64,000 bases of DNA from Flavobacteriales bacterium. GTDB lineage: Bacteria; Bacteroidota; Bacteroidia; Flavobacteriales; UBA7312. Where the stretch lies: contig JBMHCD010000008.1 in NCBI GenBank assembly GCA_049890095.1, positions 167,764-231,763 of the forward strand, given 5' to 3'. This document shows positions 36,067 to 44,990 of the stretch, one piece after another. The notes under the pieces are model-generated. The model did no database searches. It saw only the letters and a program-made list of their open reading frames with translations, and had not been told where the DNA came from. Positions within the stretch are counted from its first letter, which is position 1. Each line of letters opens with the position of its first letter. Both the position numbers and the translations under genes were made by a program.

Positions 36067-36747
36067 TTATTTAAGACTTACTCTAGTGATATACTTATCT
36101 ATATCCCTACCTTGATCTGAGTCAGAGTAGTTGTTTTTGATATTTTTATATAAGCTCAAAGCTTCTTTAAAATTTCCATTTTCTTCCAGAGCCATAGCAG
36201 CTCTCATCATGTATAAAGGTGCTGTAAAATTATTATCACTGTTACTAGCTGCTTTTTTCCAACTATTGATAGCTTTATTGGACTCACCTACATTCATATA
36301 TGCATCACCTAAAGATCCTAAAGCAACAGAAGAAACCAATTGATCATTTGCTTTAAATTTTGATAAATATTCAATGGCATTATCAAAGTCTCCTAAATTT
36401 AGATAGCACGATCCTGCATAAAAATTTGCTAAATTACCAGCTTCTGTTGAGCCATATTCATCTATTAAATCTAAAAAACCATAAAATTGACCATCTCCAT
36501 TCAATGCCAAGTTAAATGAATCTTTCTCGAATGAGTTAACAGCCATAAATAATTCGGACTGAGCTTCATTATTTTTAGGTTCAGTAACAAATTTTGTATA
36601 TCCTAATACAATAGCTATTACACCTACTACAGAAAATACAACCTTCATTAATAAAGCTTGGTTGTTTTCAACCCATTGTTCTGTGTTAGTTAGCGTTTCT
36701 TCAACTGCTGCAAACTGTTCTTCAGTTTTGTTATTCTTTTTTGCCAT
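36067..36747 (-). CDS. membrane-anchored TPR-like protein (YfgM-like architecture)
   Basis: Start at ATG 36747 (MAKKNNKTEEQ). One TM helix (VVFSVVGVIAIVLGY), then TPR-like helices. The ORF-track start at 36771 overlaps a -7 box. Confidence 0.65.
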   Translation of the reverse strand: MAKKNNKTEEQFAAVEETLTNTEQWVENNQALLMKVVFSVVGVIAIVLGYTKFVTEPKNNEAQSELFMAVNSFEKDSFNLALNGDGQFYGFLDLIDEYGSTEAGNLANFYAGSCYLNLGDFDNAIEYLSKFKANDQLVSSVALGSLGDAYMNVGESNKAINSWKKAASNSDNNFTAPLYMMRAAMALEENGNFKEALSLYKNIKNNYSDSDQGRDIDKYITRVSLK

Positions 36748-36768
36748 TTTGATTAAAAAATTGAAAAA

Positions 36769-36776
36769 CAAAAATA
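36769..36776 (-). promoter_or_regulatory. -7 box TATTTTTG for the TPR-like gene / ribH
   Basis: Plus-strand CAAAAATA, 21 nt upstream of the ATG at 36747. Confidence 0.45.
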
Positions 36777-36860
36777 ATCTTTTTTTCGACTTTAAAAAGT
36801 TTATTTGTTTAAGCTGTTTTCATCATAAAAATAATAATTTAGTACTTTAAATAACAGGTG

Positions 36861-37964
36861 ATGATTTTACAAAGCATTTCTTTACTTAATTTCAAAAATC
36901 ATATTGATAGTCGTGTAGACTTTATCGAAGGAATAAATTGTTTTGTTGGAGATAATGGTGCGGGAAAAACAAATATGTTAGATGCTATTCACTATTTATC
37001 GCTCACTAAAAGTTATTTTACTAAGCAAGATGCATTGAATATATACAATAACGAACCTTTTATGGCTATCGAAGGTCGGTTTCTAAAAGACGAAACAACA
37101 GATGTTATTCATATTGGAGTTAAAAGTGGTCTAAAAAAAACGATTAAAAGAAATAAAAAGACCTATGACCGATTATCAGATCATATTGGGCTTTTTCCAA
37201 TCGTTATGATTTCACCAACTGATGTAGAATTATTAAATTCTGGAAGTGATTACAGAAGAAAGTTTATGGATTCTATTATTGCTCAATTCGACAAAAATTA
37301 CCTTCTCAAACTTATTAAATATAACAAATTGATTGGTCAGAGAAATGCATTGCTTAAACAAATGAGCAAGTCTAATTCATTTGATCAAAGTACACTTTCG
37401 GTTTATGATTATCAGATTGAACCCTTGGTTAAATCTATTCACCAAAAAAGATTAGATTTTTTAAAAGAGTTTATTCCAATTTTTAAAAAATATTATCATT
37501 TAATATCAAATTCTGATGAAAATGTAAATATCGAATATCAATCTCAACTAACAGACTCTGATTATTTAGATTTGATAAATAATAATACTGATAAAGAGCG
37601 ATTTAGTAATTCAAGTTATTATGGAGTGCATAAAGATGATTTGATTTTTAATTTAAGTGGTTATCTTATTAAAAAAAGAGGTTCTCAAGGCCAGCAAAAA
37701 ACATTTTTGTTATCCTTAAAATTAGCTCAGTATGATTTTATGAAATCAACTTTGAAATTTGAGCCAATGTTGTTGTTAGACGATATTTTTGATAAATTAG
37801 ACGATAATAGAGTAGAGCATCTAATGAAATTGGTTGGTGATAAACATTTTGGACAAATTTTTGTTACGGATACTCATCCTATGCGTTCATCTCAAATATT
37901 TGAAAAAATAGGAGTTAATTATAAGTTGTTTAATGTAAAAAAAGGAGCGATTGAAAAGGCTTAG
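36861..37964 (+). CDS. recF: DNA replication and repair protein RecF
   Basis: Walker A GDNGAGKTN, signature SQGQQKT, and Walker B LLLDDIFDKLD. ATG 36861 directly follows the GTG at 36858. Confidence 0.92.
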   Translation: MILQSISLLNFKNHIDSRVDFIEGINCFVGDNGAGKTNMLDAIHYLSLTKSYFTKQDALNIYNNEPFMAIEGRFLKDETTDVIHIGVKSGLKKTIKRNKKTYDRLSDHIGLFPIVMISPTDVELLNSGSDYRRKFMDSIIAQFDKNYLLKLIKYNKLIGQRNALLKQMSKSNSFDQSTLSVYDYQIEPLVKSIHQKRLDFLKEFIPIFKKYYHLISNSDENVNIEYQSQLTDSDYLDLINNNTDKERFSNSSYYGVHKDDLIFNLSGYLIKKRGSQGQQKTFLLSLKLAQYDFMKSTLKFEPMLLLDDIFDKLDDNRVEHLMKLVGDKHFGQIFVTDTHPMRSSQIFEKIGVNYKLFNVKKGAIEKA

Positions 37965-38244
37965 TAATCAGCAGTCATTAGCAGAAGTCATTCAGGATTT
38001 TTTAAAAGAAAGTGGATGGTCTAGAAAATTAGATGAAGTGCATCTAATTACTCAGTGGGATAAATTGTTAGGTCCAAATTTAGCTAAATACACTGATGAG
38101 GTATTTATATCAAATTCTATTTTGCACATCCGATTAAATTCATCAACACTCAGGCAAGAGCTATCATACAAAAAATCAAAACTGGTTGATGATCTTAATG
38201 ATATGGTCGGTAAAAAAGTAATAAAGGATATAATTCTAAAATAA
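37951..38244 (+). CDS. DUF721 domain-containing protein (recF-associated, YaaA/Zn-ribbon-like family)
   Basis: 97 aa with a TTG start and a 14-nt overlap with recF. This is the conserved position downstream of recF. No in-frame ATG occurs before residue 84. Confidence 0.65.
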   Translation: MKRLSNQQSLAEVIQDFLKESGWSRKLDEVHLITQWDKLLGPNLAKYTDEVFISNSILHIRLNSSTLRQELSYKKSKLVDDLNDMVGKKVIKDIILK

Positions 38245-38271
38245 AAAAGCTCCTAATTAGGAGCTTTTTTT
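38243..38271. terminator. bidirectional rho-independent terminator (DUF721 / ndk)
   Basis: Stem AGCTCC / GGAGCT with loop TAATTA, flanked by A6 and T7 runs. Confidence 0.75.
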
Positions 38272-38289
38272 CTTTTGGAAGATATTTGT

Positions 38290-38709
38290 TTAAAACTGTT
38301 CCTCTATATTAAAGTGAAAATTACTTTCTAGCTCTGCGTTCTCATCAGAATCAGAACCGTGAACAGCATTTTTTGCTTTTGATTCTGCAAATTCTTTTCG
38401 GATAGTTCCGTCTGCTGCTTCACTTGGATCAGTAGCGCCAATTAAAGTTCTAAAGTCTGCAACTGCATTTTCCTTTTCTAATATTGCAGCAATAATTGGT
38501 CCTGAACTCATATATTCTACTAGTTCACCATAAAATGGTCTTTCTTTGTGAACTTCATAGAATTTTCCTGCAGACTCGGCAGTTAAAGCTGTTTTTTTAA
38601 GAGCTACAATTCTGAAACCTGCCTTATTTATTCTTTCTAAAATTGAACCAGTATAACCACTTTCTACAGCTTCTGGCTTAATCATTGTAAATGTTCTGTT
38701 TGTTGCCAT
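38290..38709 (-). CDS. ndk: nucleoside-diphosphate kinase
   Basis: 139 aa. [10 protein letters not shown] and active-site His in NAVHGSDS. Confidence 0.95.
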   Translation of the reverse strand: MATNRTFTMIKPEAVESGYTGSILERINKAGFRIVALKKTALTAESAGKFYEVHKERPFYGELVEYMSSGPIIAAILEKENAVADFRTLIGATDPSEAADGTIRKEFAESKAKNAVHGSDSDENAELESNFHFNIEEQF

Positions 38710-38735
38710 TTTTTATTTTTAAGAATTATTTTGGG

Positions 38736-38743
38736 CAAATTTA
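38736..38743 (-). promoter_or_regulatory. -7 box TAAATTTG for ndk
   Basis: Plus-strand CAAATTTA, 26 nt upstream of the ATG at 38709. Confidence 0.5.
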
Positions 38744-38796
38744 TAAAAAACCAATCATTAAAAAGACGAACTTTTATTCTTATTTTCGCAAATTAT

Positions 38797-39789
38797 ATGA
38801 ACGAAAAAGAATTCAATACACTCAAGGAGCTGTTAAGCACTCCAAAAAGAATTGTTATAACCACTCACAAAGGGCCTGATGGAGATGCTATGGGATCTTC
38901 TTTAGCATTATATAATTACTTAGTTAAAAAAGGGCATCAAGTTCAAGTTATAACTCCAAATCAATACCCAGATTTTCTGAAGTGGATGAAAGCAGATGAT
39001 TTGGTTATACAATATACTAACGAGCCTGAAAAAGCAAAACAGATTACAAATAATTCAGATTTGATATTTTGTCTTGATTTTAACTCATTAAGCAGAATAG
39101 ATACTTTTGAACCAGTCGTTTCTTCGTCAACTGCTTTCAAAGCAATGATTGATCATCATCAGCAACCAGATCAATTTGATTTTAATTTTTCGGATACTAA
39201 TGCATGCTCAACAGCTCAGATGATTTATGAATTTATCGATTTATTGGGAGATGCTCATTTGATTGATAAAGACATTGCAGAATGCATTTATGCTGGTATA
39301 ATGACAGATACAGGAAACTTTAGATTTAAATCAGTAACTAGTAAAACGCATAAAATTGTTGCTGAGCTTATTCAAAAAGGAGCTGAAACTCATTTGGTAA
39401 ATGATCGAATTAATGATAATAATACAGTTAGTAGATTAAAGTTATTGGGTTATTGCTTGAATGAAAAATTAGAGGTATTGCATCATTATAATGCTGCATT
39501 AATCAGTTTAGATGAAGAGGAGTTAGACCGGTTTAATTTTAAGAAAGGTGATACCGAAGGAGTAGTTAATTATGCCTTATCTATAAAAGATATAAATTTA
39601 GCTGCTTTCTTTGTTAAAAGAGAGGGGATTGTTAAGATTTCATTTCGTTCTAAAGGAAATATTTCAGTTAATGAAATGGCAAGAAAATATTTTAATGGAG
39701 GTGGTCATACTAATGCTGCTGGAGGATCGTTTGGAACAGATCTAAGTCTTGCCATAGAAAAATTTAAATCAGTTTTAAAAGAGTATTAA
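38797..39789 (+). CDS. nrnA: DHH/DHHA1 phosphoesterase (NrnA-like oligoribonuclease / pAp phosphatase)
   Basis: Start at ATG 38797 (MNEKEFNTLKELL). Motifs HKGPDGDAMGS, MIDHHQ, and GGGHTNAAGG. Confidence 0.85.
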   Translation: MNEKEFNTLKELLSTPKRIVITTHKGPDGDAMGSSLALYNYLVKKGHQVQVITPNQYPDFLKWMKADDLVIQYTNEPEKAKQITNNSDLIFCLDFNSLSRIDTFEPVVSSSTAFKAMIDHHQQPDQFDFNFSDTNACSTAQMIYEFIDLLGDAHLIDKDIAECIYAGIMTDTGNFRFKSVTSKTHKIVAELIQKGAETHLVNDRINDNNTVSRLKLLGYCLNEKLEVLHHYNAALISLDEEELDRFNFKKGDTEGVVNYALSIKDINLAAFFVKREGIVKISFRSKGNISVNEMARKYFNGGGHTNAAGGSFGTDLSLAIEKFKSVLKEY

Positions 39790-39805
39790 TCAAATTTTAT
39801 AAAAA

Positions 39806-40258
39806 ATGAAAAAATCAATAATGAGTATTGCTATTGTAGCTTGTTTTGTTTCCTGCCAAAATACGAAGCAATCGGAAAACAATAATCAATCTAATGAATC
39901 ATCTAAAGAAATATCAACAATGACAACTACAGAAAGCGGATTACAGTACATTATTTTTGAGCAAGGAGAAGGGGTCAAGCCAACTGCTGGTCAGCAAGTT
40001 TCGGTACATTACAAAGGCATGCTTGAAGATGGAACAGTTTTTGATAATTCTTATGATCGAGGAGAGCCAATAGTTTTTCCTGTTGGAACAGGTAGAGTTA
40101 TTAAGGGATGGGATGAAGGAATTATGCTTTTAAATGTAGGTACTAAAGCTCAACTTATTATCCCTTCTGAGTTAGGTTATGGTGAGCGTGGAGCAGGAGC
40201 AGTTATTCCACCAAACGCAACCTTAATTTTTGATGTAGAGCTAGTAGCAGTTCAATAA
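39806..40258 (+). CDS. FKBP-type peptidyl-prolyl isomerase lipoprotein
   Basis: 150 aa. Lipobox VSC, then FKBP core VHYKGMLEDGTVFDNS...GWDEG...ATLIFDVELV. Confidence 0.9.
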   Translation: MKKSIMSIAIVACFVSCQNTKQSENNNQSNESSKEISTMTTTESGLQYIIFEQGEGVKPTAGQQVSVHYKGMLEDGTVFDNSYDRGEPIVFPVGTGRVIKGWDEGIMLLNVGTKAQLIIPSELGYGERGAGAVIPPNATLIFDVELVAVQ

Positions 40259-41001
40259 TGGCATTGATTAATGAATTAGAAAAACAGGGAAATTTTTTAT
40301 TTAAATATAGAGGGCAAATACCTGTTGTTTTATTTGTTTTGGCCATTCCTTTTATCTATACAACAGATTTGTCTGCTGTAGATGAAAAATATATACAGAT
40401 TTGTAAAGTAGTTGCTATTACAATTTCTATTTTAGGATTTGTTGTACGTGCAATTACTATTGCTACTACACCCAGAGGAACTTCAGGAAGAAATACCAAA
40501 CAACAAATTGCAGATTCTTTAAATTCAACTGGTATTTATTCTATTGTTCGTCATCCTTTATATTTAGGGAATTACCTGATGTGGATTGGTATAGTTTTGT
40601 TTACATATAACTTTTATTTTGTATTAATTGTAAGCTTGCTTTTTTGGCTGTATTATGAACGAATTATGTTTGCCGAAGAACGTTTTTTACAAAAAAAGTT
40701 TGGTGAGGATTATCTTCATTGGGCATCTCAGAAGCCTGCTTTTTTACCCAACTTTTCTAATTATGTTAAATCGGAAGTTTCTTTTTCGTTTAAAAGTATT
40801 CTAAGAAGAGAATATTCTGGAGTATTAGCCACTGTTATAGGATTTGTTTTTGTAGAATTATCAAGAAATTATTTTGTTGATCAATGTTTTTGTATTTCAA
40901 ATGGCTATTGGTTTACATTAGTTGTTGTATTAGTATTTAGCTTGATACTCAGAACCATAAAGAAAACGACCACTTTGCTTGACGAAAGTGGTAGGTCGTA
41001 A
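40258..41001 (+). CDS. isoprenylcysteine carboxyl methyltransferase (ICMT/PEMT) family membrane methyltransferase
   Basis: 247 aa polytopic protein. IVRHPLYLGNYLMWIG and EERFL motifs. The ATG overlaps the upstream stop (TAATG). Confidence 0.75.
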   Translation: MALINELEKQGNFLFKYRGQIPVVLFVLAIPFIYTTDLSAVDEKYIQICKVVAITISILGFVVRAITIATTPRGTSGRNTKQQIADSLNSTGIYSIVRHPLYLGNYLMWIGIVLFTYNFYFVLIVSLLFWLYYERIMFAEERFLQKKFGEDYLHWASQKPAFLPNFSNYVKSEVSFSFKSILRREYSGVLATVIGFVFVELSRNYFVDQCFCISNGYWFTLVVVLVFSLILRTIKKTTTLLDESGRS

Positions 41002-41040
41002 AAATTTTGTTTTATTGATTTGATGAATAAGCAAAAATAG

Positions 41041-41048
41041 TATATTTG
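41041..41048 (+). promoter_or_regulatory. -7 box TATATTTG for tRNA-Met
   Basis: Exact TAnnTTTG match, 11 nt before the mature tRNA 5' end. Confidence 0.55.
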
Positions 41049-41059
41049 CCCACCCAATT

Positions 41060-41133
41060 GGCGAGGTAGCTCAGTTGGTTAGAGCGTCGGATTCATAACC
41101 CGGAGGCCGAGAGTTCAAATCTCTCCCTCGCTA
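41060..41133 (+). tRNA. tRNA with CAT anticodon (elongator Met by D-arm similarity; Ile2-lysidine type not excluded)
   Basis: Manual cloverleaf. Acceptor GGCGAGG/CCTCGCT (G1-U72), D-arm GCTCAGTTGGTTAGAGC, loop TTCATAA, T-arm GAGAG TTCAAAT CTCTC. There is one A31-C39 mismatch. It lacks the initiator C1-A72 mismatch and the GGG/CCC anticodon stem. Confidence 0.85.
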
Positions 41134-41140
41134 CTCTACA

Positions 41141-41167
41141 GGGACTCATTATTGAGTCCCTTTTTTT
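41141..41167. terminator. rho-independent terminator shared by tRNA-Met and the convergent XRE gene
   Basis: Stem GGGACTCA / TGAGTCCC with loop TTAT, followed by T7. The XRE stop codon and its last three codons lie inside the hairpin. Confidence 0.8.
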
Positions 41168-41382
41168 ATGTCTTTTACTAGTTCTTGTAATTCAATTTCT
41201 AAGTTCTCAGCTATTTTTTTTAAGGTATATATCGTAGGATTAGATCTTCCTGCTTCTAATCTACTAAAGTTTGACTTTTCCATATTGCAAATGGCAGAAA
41301 GATCTTGTTGAGACATTCCTTTTGATAGTCGTATTTGTTTTATTGTAAAGCCAATAACCTTTTGTAGTTTTTCCTTCTTCAA
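41149..41382 (-). CDS. XRE-family helix-turn-helix transcriptional regulator
   Basis: 77 aa. HTH_3 pattern IKQIRLSKGMSQQDLSAICNMEKSNFSRLEAGRSNPTIYTLKKIAENL. A TTG start is required because there is an in-frame stop 2 codons upstream. Confidence 0.8.
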   Translation of the reverse strand: MKKEKLQKVIGFTIKQIRLSKGMSQQDLSAICNMEKSNFSRLEAGRSNPTIYTLKKIAENLEIELQELVKDIKKGTQ

Positions 41383-41429
41383 AGCAAATTAGAAATATTA
41401 CTAAAGGTTTGTGTTTTTTTTTAATAGCT

Positions 41430-41449
41430 GGTTATCATATAGGATAACC
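41430..41449. promoter_or_regulatory. perfect palindrome GGTTATC-N6-GATAACC, candidate operator
   Basis: Seven-bp inverted arms, located 47 nt upstream of the XRE start and 20 nt upstream of the -7 box of the divergent small ORF. Confidence 0.4.
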
Positions 41450-41469
41450 TTTTAAACTTTCATTAAACT

Positions 41470-41477
41470 TAACTTTG
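41470..41477 (+). promoter_or_regulatory. -7 box TAACTTTG upstream of the 64-codon ORF
   Basis: Exact TAnnTTTG match, 20 nt before the ATG at 41498. Confidence 0.4.
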
Positions 41478-41497
41478 ATTTGCTACAATTTAGTTTT

Positions 41498-41692
41498 ATG
41501 AAAAGACACTTATCTATATTTCTTTTGGTATTCATTTTTTGTTTTTTAACGTTTAAAAATCAAAAAATAAAAAATCAACATAAAAATATAAATACAGATA
41601 GTAGTTTATATTACTTTAACTTGTTCACAGAAAAGTTTGGAGGTATATATGAGCATGATAGGATTCTGTTGTTGATATTTACAATTTTTTAA
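41498..41692 (+). CDS. small hydrophobic protein (64 aa): N-terminal TM/signal-like helix and hydrophobic C-terminus
   Basis: The ATG lies inside the 41480..41692 ORF. Sequence: MKRHLSIFLLVFIFCFLTF...ILLLIFTIF. It has a consensus -7 box at normal spacing. No recognisable family; it may be a gene remnant. Confidence 0.35.
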   Translation: MKRHLSIFLLVFIFCFLTFKNQKIKNQHKNINTDSSLYYFNLFTEKFGGIYEHDRILLLIFTIF

Positions 41693-41876
41693 TTGAAAAT
41701 CTAGAAGATTCATTAAAAAAATATAAGAGCACAAAAAAAGACTTGAATAGCTATAAATTTGAAACTGAATTACAACAAGATTATATTCAAAAACACTAAG
41801 AGGCAAAACAAATATTGTATCGTTATAAGTGTTGCAAATTAAAATCAGATAGTTTATTAATTCTAAACTAAAGGAT

Positions 41877-42659
41877 TTATCTGGTTGTAGCCTTTAAATT
41901 AAAAACGTAAGGTAGCTTTTGCTTTTCTCTTTCTTGTAATACAAATTTACCTTTTTCAGTTTCTTTGAAACCTCTTAGTTTATAAGGACTAAAGTCAAAC
42001 TCTTCAAAAAGTTTTAGTTTTAATCCGTTTGATTCTAAAGCACTAAAAATTTCGGTCAAAGAATGGTTCCACCAGCAGGTTTTTATTTCAATATCTTCGC
42101 CACCATCTGTATAACTACCTTTTTCTATTTCAACATCAGGTATTTTTTTGTAAAAATAATCATATTGTGCAGGGTCTAATAAGTCGATAAACGGATGGAA
42201 TTCTGTGAGTACAAAAGTTCCACCTTTTTTCAAATGTTTAGATATTGTTTTTGCCCATTGATTAAGGTCTGGAAGCCAGCCTATGGTTCCGTAAGAACTA
42301 AAAATGATATCAAACTTTTTATTTAAGTTTAGCTCTAAAACACTAGATTCGATAAAGTTTACAGGAACATTAATTTCATTCGAAATTTTTTTTGCTTCTT
42401 TAATTGCAACAGACGAAAAATCTACAGCAGTAACGATCGCTCCTTTTCTAACTAAAGATATACTATCCTGACCAAAGTGACATTGCAGATGTAAAATGGT
42501 CTTTCCATTTATATCACCTAATGCATTAAGTTCAAAAGAATTTAAAGAACATTTTCCTTTTTTGAACTCATCATTATTGTAAAATTTAGATTTAAGATGA
42601 ATAGGCGTTTTGGTATCCCACGCTTTTTGGTTTATATCTAAGTATTTTTTGTGATTCAT
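41877..42659 (-). CDS. class I SAM-dependent methyltransferase
   Basis: 260 aa. Motif I variant ILHLQCHFGQDS, VTAVDFS, and post-I/II spacing typical of Methyltransf_11-like proteins. Confidence 0.78.
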   Translation of the reverse strand: MNHKKYLDINQKAWDTKTPIHLKSKFYNNDEFKKGKCSLNSFELNALGDINGKTILHLQCHFGQDSISLVRKGAIVTAVDFSSVAIKEAKKISNEINVPVNFIESSVLELNLNKKFDIIFSSYGTIGWLPDLNQWAKTISKHLKKGGTFVLTEFHPFIDLLDPAQYDYFYKKIPDVEIEKGSYTDGGEDIEIKTCWWNHSLTEIFSALESNGLKLKLFEEFDFSPYKLRGFKETEKGKFVLQEREKQKLPYVFNLKATTR

Positions 42660-42663
42660 TTAT

Positions 42664-42689
42664 AAAAAAAGCCCTTTTAAGGGCTTTTT
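42664..42689 (-). terminator. rho-independent terminator after glyA
   Basis: Palindrome AAGCCCTT/AAGGGCTT flanked by A7 and T5 runs. Confidence 0.75.
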
Positions 42690-42692
42690 GAT

Positions 42693-43967
42693 TTAGTAAG
42701 CAAATAGGGGGTATTTACTCATAAGATTATTTACTTTTTTTCTTACTTCTGATATAACCTTTTCGTTATCGATATTCATTAAGACTTCGTCAATTAAATC
42801 AACAATTACTGGTATAGTATCTTCTTTAATACCCCTAGTTGTAATTGCCGGAGTACCAACTCTCATTCCTGAAGTTACGAATGGAGATTTATCGTCAAAC
42901 GGAACCATATTTTTGTTTACAGTAATATCTGCTAAAACAAGAGTATTTTCTGCTTGTTTTCCTGTTATTCCTTTTGATCTTAAATCCAGTAGCATACAAT
43001 GATTTGAAGTACCACCAGAAACTACATCATATCCTTTGTCAATAAAACATTGAGCCATTACAGCTGCATTTTTAATTATTTGTTTAGTGTATTCTTTAAA
43101 TTCAGGATTTAGAGCTTCACCAAAAGCAATAGCTTTTGCTCCTATAATATGTTCTAAAGGACCACCTTGTGTGCCTGGAAAAACAGCTGAATCTAATAAA
43201 GAAGACATTTTACGAATTACACCTTTTGGAGTCTTTAATCCCCAAGGATTGTCAAAATCTTTACCCATCATTATTAAACCACCTCTAGGACCTCTCAACG
43301 TTTTGTGAGTAGTAGTGGTAATGATGTGGCAATGAGGAGCAGGATTGTTAAGGTGTCCGCTAGCAATTAGTCCAGAAGGATGTGAAATATCCGCTAATAA
43401 TAAAGCTCCAACACTATCTGCTATTGCTCTAAACTTTGAATAATCAATATCTCTAGAATATGCTGAAGCACCACAAATAATTAATTGAGGCTTTTCTTCT
43501 TTTGCAGTTTTTTCAATAGCGTCATAATCTAATAATCCATTATCTTCTCTAACAGAATAAAAACTGGTTTGATAAGTTTTACCAGAAAAATTTACTGGAG
43601 AACCATGAGTTAAATGACCACCATGTGCCAAGTTGAATCCTAGCATTTTTTGGCCTGGTTTTAAAACAGCTAAAAAGACTGCAGCATTGGCCTGAGAGCC
43701 AGAATGTGGTTGGACATTGGCATATTCAACGCCAAATAATTCTTTTGCTCTATCAATTGCTAATTGTTCAATTTTATCAACAACTTCGCAACCACCATAG
43801 TATCTTTTGTTTGGAAATCCTTCTGCATATTTATTGGTTAAACAAGAGCCAGCTGCTTCCATCACTTGGTTGCTAACAAAATTTTCGGATGCAATTAGTT
43901 CAATTCCGTGTGTTTGTCTATCTTTTTCTTGATCAATAAGATCAAATATTTTTTGGTCTCTCTTCAT
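42693..43967 (-). CDS. glyA: serine hydroxymethyltransferase
   Basis: 424 aa with PLP-lysine motif [14 protein letters not shown]. Confidence 0.97.
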   Translation of the reverse strand: MKRDQKIFDLIDQEKDRQTHGIELIASENFVSNQVMEAAGSCLTNKYAEGFPNKRYYGGCEVVDKIEQLAIDRAKELFGVEYANVQPHSGSQANAAVFLAVLKPGQKMLGFNLAHGGHLTHGSPVNFSGKTYQTSFYSVREDNGLLDYDAIEKTAKEEKPQLIICGASAYSRDIDYSKFRAIADSVGALLLADISHPSGLIASGHLNNPAPHCHIITTTTHKTLRGPRGGLIMMGKDFDNPWGLKTPKGVIRKMSSLLDSAVFPGTQGGPLEHIIGAKAIAFGEALNPEFKEYTKQIIKNAAVMAQCFIDKGYDVVSGGTSNHCMLLDLRSKGITGKQAENTLVLADITVNKNMVPFDDKSPFVTSGMRVGTPAITTRGIKEDTIPVIVDLIDEVLMNIDNEKVISEVRKKVNNLMSKYPLFAY

Positions 43968-43996
43968 GAATATTTTTTTACTTTCGTAGTTGGTAA

Positions 43997-44004
43997 CAAA
44001 TATA
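43997..44004 (-). promoter_or_regulatory. -7 box TATATTTG for glyA
   Basis: Plus-strand CAAATATA, 29 nt upstream of the ATG at 43967. Confidence 0.5.
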
Positions 44005-44008
44005 AATA

Positions 44009-44956
44009 ATGAATAACAAAATCACTCAATTATTTGGTATAAAATATCCAATTATTCAAGCCGGAATGATATGGTGTAGTGGTTGGGAATTAGCATCATC
44101 AGTGAGTAACGCTGGAGGATTAGGAATTATTGGTTCTGGTTCTATGTATCCAGATGTACTAAAACAACATATTTTAAAGTGTAAAGCAGCAACGGATAAA
44201 CCCTTCGCTGTAAACTTACCTTTGTTATATCCTCAAATTGACGATCACATAAAGATTATTATTGATAATGATGTAAAAATTGTTTTTACATCTGCTGGAA
44301 ATCCAAAAAAATGGACATCAGTTTTAAAAAATCATGGAATAATTGTTGTTCATGTTGTAAGTAACTTAAAATTTGCTTTGAAGTCTGTTGAAGCAGGAGT
44401 TGATGCAATAGTTGCTGAAGGTTTTGAAGCTGGAGGTCATAACGGAAGAGAAGAAACTACTACAATGTGCCTCTTGCCACTTATAAGTAAACATATTGAT
44501 ATCCCATTAATTGCAGCAGGAGGTATTTCTTGTGGTAAATCTATGATGGCTGCAATGGCATTGGGAGCTGATGGTGTACAAATTGGAAGTAAGTTTATTG
44601 CTACTCCCGAATCGTCTGCACATGAAAATTTTAAACAATATATATTAAATTCTAAAGAAGGAGACACACAGCTAACTTTAAAAGAAGTTACTCCTGTTAG
44701 ATTATTGAAAAATGATTTTTATAATCAGCTAATGAAAGCATATGATCAGGGAGCAAATGTGGATGAGTTAAAACAAATATTGGGCAGAGGTAGAGCAAAA
44801 TTAGGAATGTTTGTTGGTGATTTGGACGAAGGAGAGTTAGAAGTTGGTCAAGTTTCAGCTATGATGGACGAGATAAAACCTGCTGCTCAAATTGTTGAAG
44901 AGTTGATAGATGAATTTGAAATTGCTAAAAATCAATTAGTTAATGTTTGTTTTTAA
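44009..44956 (+). CDS. FMN-dependent NAD(P)H oxidoreductase of the nitronate monooxygenase / FabK-like family
   Basis: 315 aa TIM-barrel pattern. [16 protein letters not shown], and [28 protein letters not shown]. Confidence 0.82.
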   Translation: MNNKITQLFGIKYPIIQAGMIWCSGWELASSVSNAGGLGIIGSGSMYPDVLKQHILKCKAATDKPFAVNLPLLYPQIDDHIKIIIDNDVKIVFTSAGNPKKWTSVLKNHGIIVVHVVSNLKFALKSVEAGVDAIVAEGFEAGGHNGREETTTMCLLPLISKHIDIPLIAAGGISCGKSMMAAMALGADGVQIGSKFIATPESSAHENFKQYILNSKEGDTQLTLKEVTPVRLLKNDFYNQLMKAYDQGANVDELKQILGRGRAKLGMFVGDLDEGELEVGQVSAMMDEIKPAAQIVEELIDEFEIAKNQLVNVCF

Positions 44957-44990
44957 TATAATAAATACTACTTTTTCATGTTAAGTGTTT

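Noticed and set aside
41662-41799. An open frame after the 64-aa ORF (…ENLEDSLKKYKSTKKDLNSYKFETELQQDYIQKH*), suggesting a frameshifted longer gene.
   Set aside because: It has no ATG, GTG or TTG start in frame after the preceding stop at 41659-41661, and I recognise no homology. It is kept only as a possible pseudogene remnant under the 41060-41876 finding.
41400-41874. An 8-bp direct repeat ACTAAAGG at 41400-41407 and 41867-41874 brackets the gene-poor segment. I considered it as the target-site duplication of a MITE-like insertion.
   Set aside because: The sequences just inside the repeats show no terminal inverted repeats. An 8-mer match in AT-rich DNA found post hoc is weak evidence, and no transposase is present.
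41060-42659. Possible tRNA-Met-associated genomic island or integrative element.
   Set aside because: There is no integrase or recombinase and no copy of the tRNA 3' end downstream (no att-like repeat found by eye). Flanking genes are ordinary housekeeping genes.
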